A stretch of 64,000 nt of DNA from a plasmid, in the sequence record NZ_CP029448.1. The stretch is one strand, 5' to 3'. Under the pieces are notes generated by a model, which worked only from the letters and a program-made list of their open reading frames with translations, did no database searches and had not been told where the DNA came from. Shown here one piece after another: positions 63,585 through 64,000 of this stretch. The position numbers were made by a program, and so were the translations under genes. Position 1 is the first letter of the stretch; each line of letters opens with the position of its first letter.

Positions 63585-64000
63585 CCCATTTGATTCGAAT
63601 TTAGCAGTGACTCAAATGCAATTATTAAGACTGTACGTTCTTAATGTTATAGTTTCGTACGCTAGCGATCCTGCATTCCGACAAATTGATGGTTCGGTAA
63701 TAACTGAAAAATTAAGAACGATTGGTGTAGGCGACTCTTTTACACATCGCGTACTTGTTGATTTATGCAATAAAAGATTTTTATTTACTGTAAATCACGG
63801 TGAGCCTACAGCTTCATCAAGTTTCATACCATCTCGGTTGGGTGGTTATATTGCAAAAGAACTTATTAGTAATTTCACATTCATAGAATGTATGCTTTAT
63901 GATACATATATAGCTGATGCTAAGACATGGGGGAAATTGAGAGATCTGAGCGGGAAAATTGAGTCTGAAAGAGATGTAATAAAAAGGATCACGATGCGTG
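63585..64000 (+). pseudogene. Continuation of the IS903-interrupted nuclease-NTPase gene. It is an open frame of at least 135 further codons with no stop before the window end.
   Basis: After conceptual removal of the IS plus one repeat copy, the frame reads …IANPFDSNLAVTQMQLLRLYVLNV… without a stop to position 64000. Confidence 0.6.

Overview
This window reads as an Enterobacteriaceae (Klebsiella-like) IncF-type plasmid backbone that has been heavily reworked by mobile elements.

Recognisable backbone:
- traI 3' end, traX and finO at 1..1715.
- A displaced trbB 3' fragment at 21174..21473.
- The IncFII replicon (repA2/copB, putative copA, tap leader peptide, GTG-start repA1, oriR region) at 34519..36250.

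Mobile-element layer:
- IS1, two full-length copies (one 5'-truncated, one with an insB nonsense codon) and two end fragments.
- IS2, one intact copy with a 5-bp target-site duplication and one diverged truncated copy.
- IS26, IS5, an IS30 fragment and two copies of IS903.
- Two IS110-family elements, one being an IS4321/IS5075-type element inside the inverted repeat of a mercury transposon.
- An IS3-family (IS407-group-like) element, a further IS3-family fragment and an IS66-family fragment.
- A 3664-bp Tn5403-like Tn3-family transposon (tnpR + tnpA).
- An unnamed Tn3-family IS-like element (inverted repeat, tnpA, inverted repeat) at 18024..21173, plus a defective derivative at 2923..9068 that carries a CDF metal-efflux gene and a cytochrome b561-like gene as passengers.
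- A complete Tn21-subfamily mercury-resistance transposon at 46288..55585 (merRTPCADE, urf2, tnpR, tnpA).

Resistance and accessory cargo:
- blaSHV carrying G238S (with I8F and R43S), mobilised with the chromosomal ygbI gene between the Tn5403-like element and IS903.
- Two type II toxin-antitoxin pairs: a HigB/HigA-like pair and a MazF-like/AbrB-like pair.
- An AraC regulator truncated by IS26.

Most interesting for novelty:
- A seven-gene, translationally coupled type I restriction-modification operon (hsdM, hsdS, a YecA-like SEC-C protein, a 594-aa protein with an N-terminal cold-shock domain and a Cys-rich zinc-ribbon tail, hsdR, then a DUF45 HExxH metallopeptidase).
- An AT-rich defence-like island at the right end. 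It holds a gene of at least 760 aa that pairs an HsdR-N-type nuclease with a P-loop NTPase (Avs/STAND-like) and is interrupted by IS903 with a perfect 9-bp target-site duplication. It also holds a roughly 405-aa gene split by IS5.
- A solitary high-GC DUF262 (DGQQR-motif) gene abutting a 90-bp miniature element of Tn3-type inverted repeats.
- Two diverged copies, in opposite orientation, of an unexplained structured non-coding element (~16.8-17.3 kb and ~36.55-37.0 kb).
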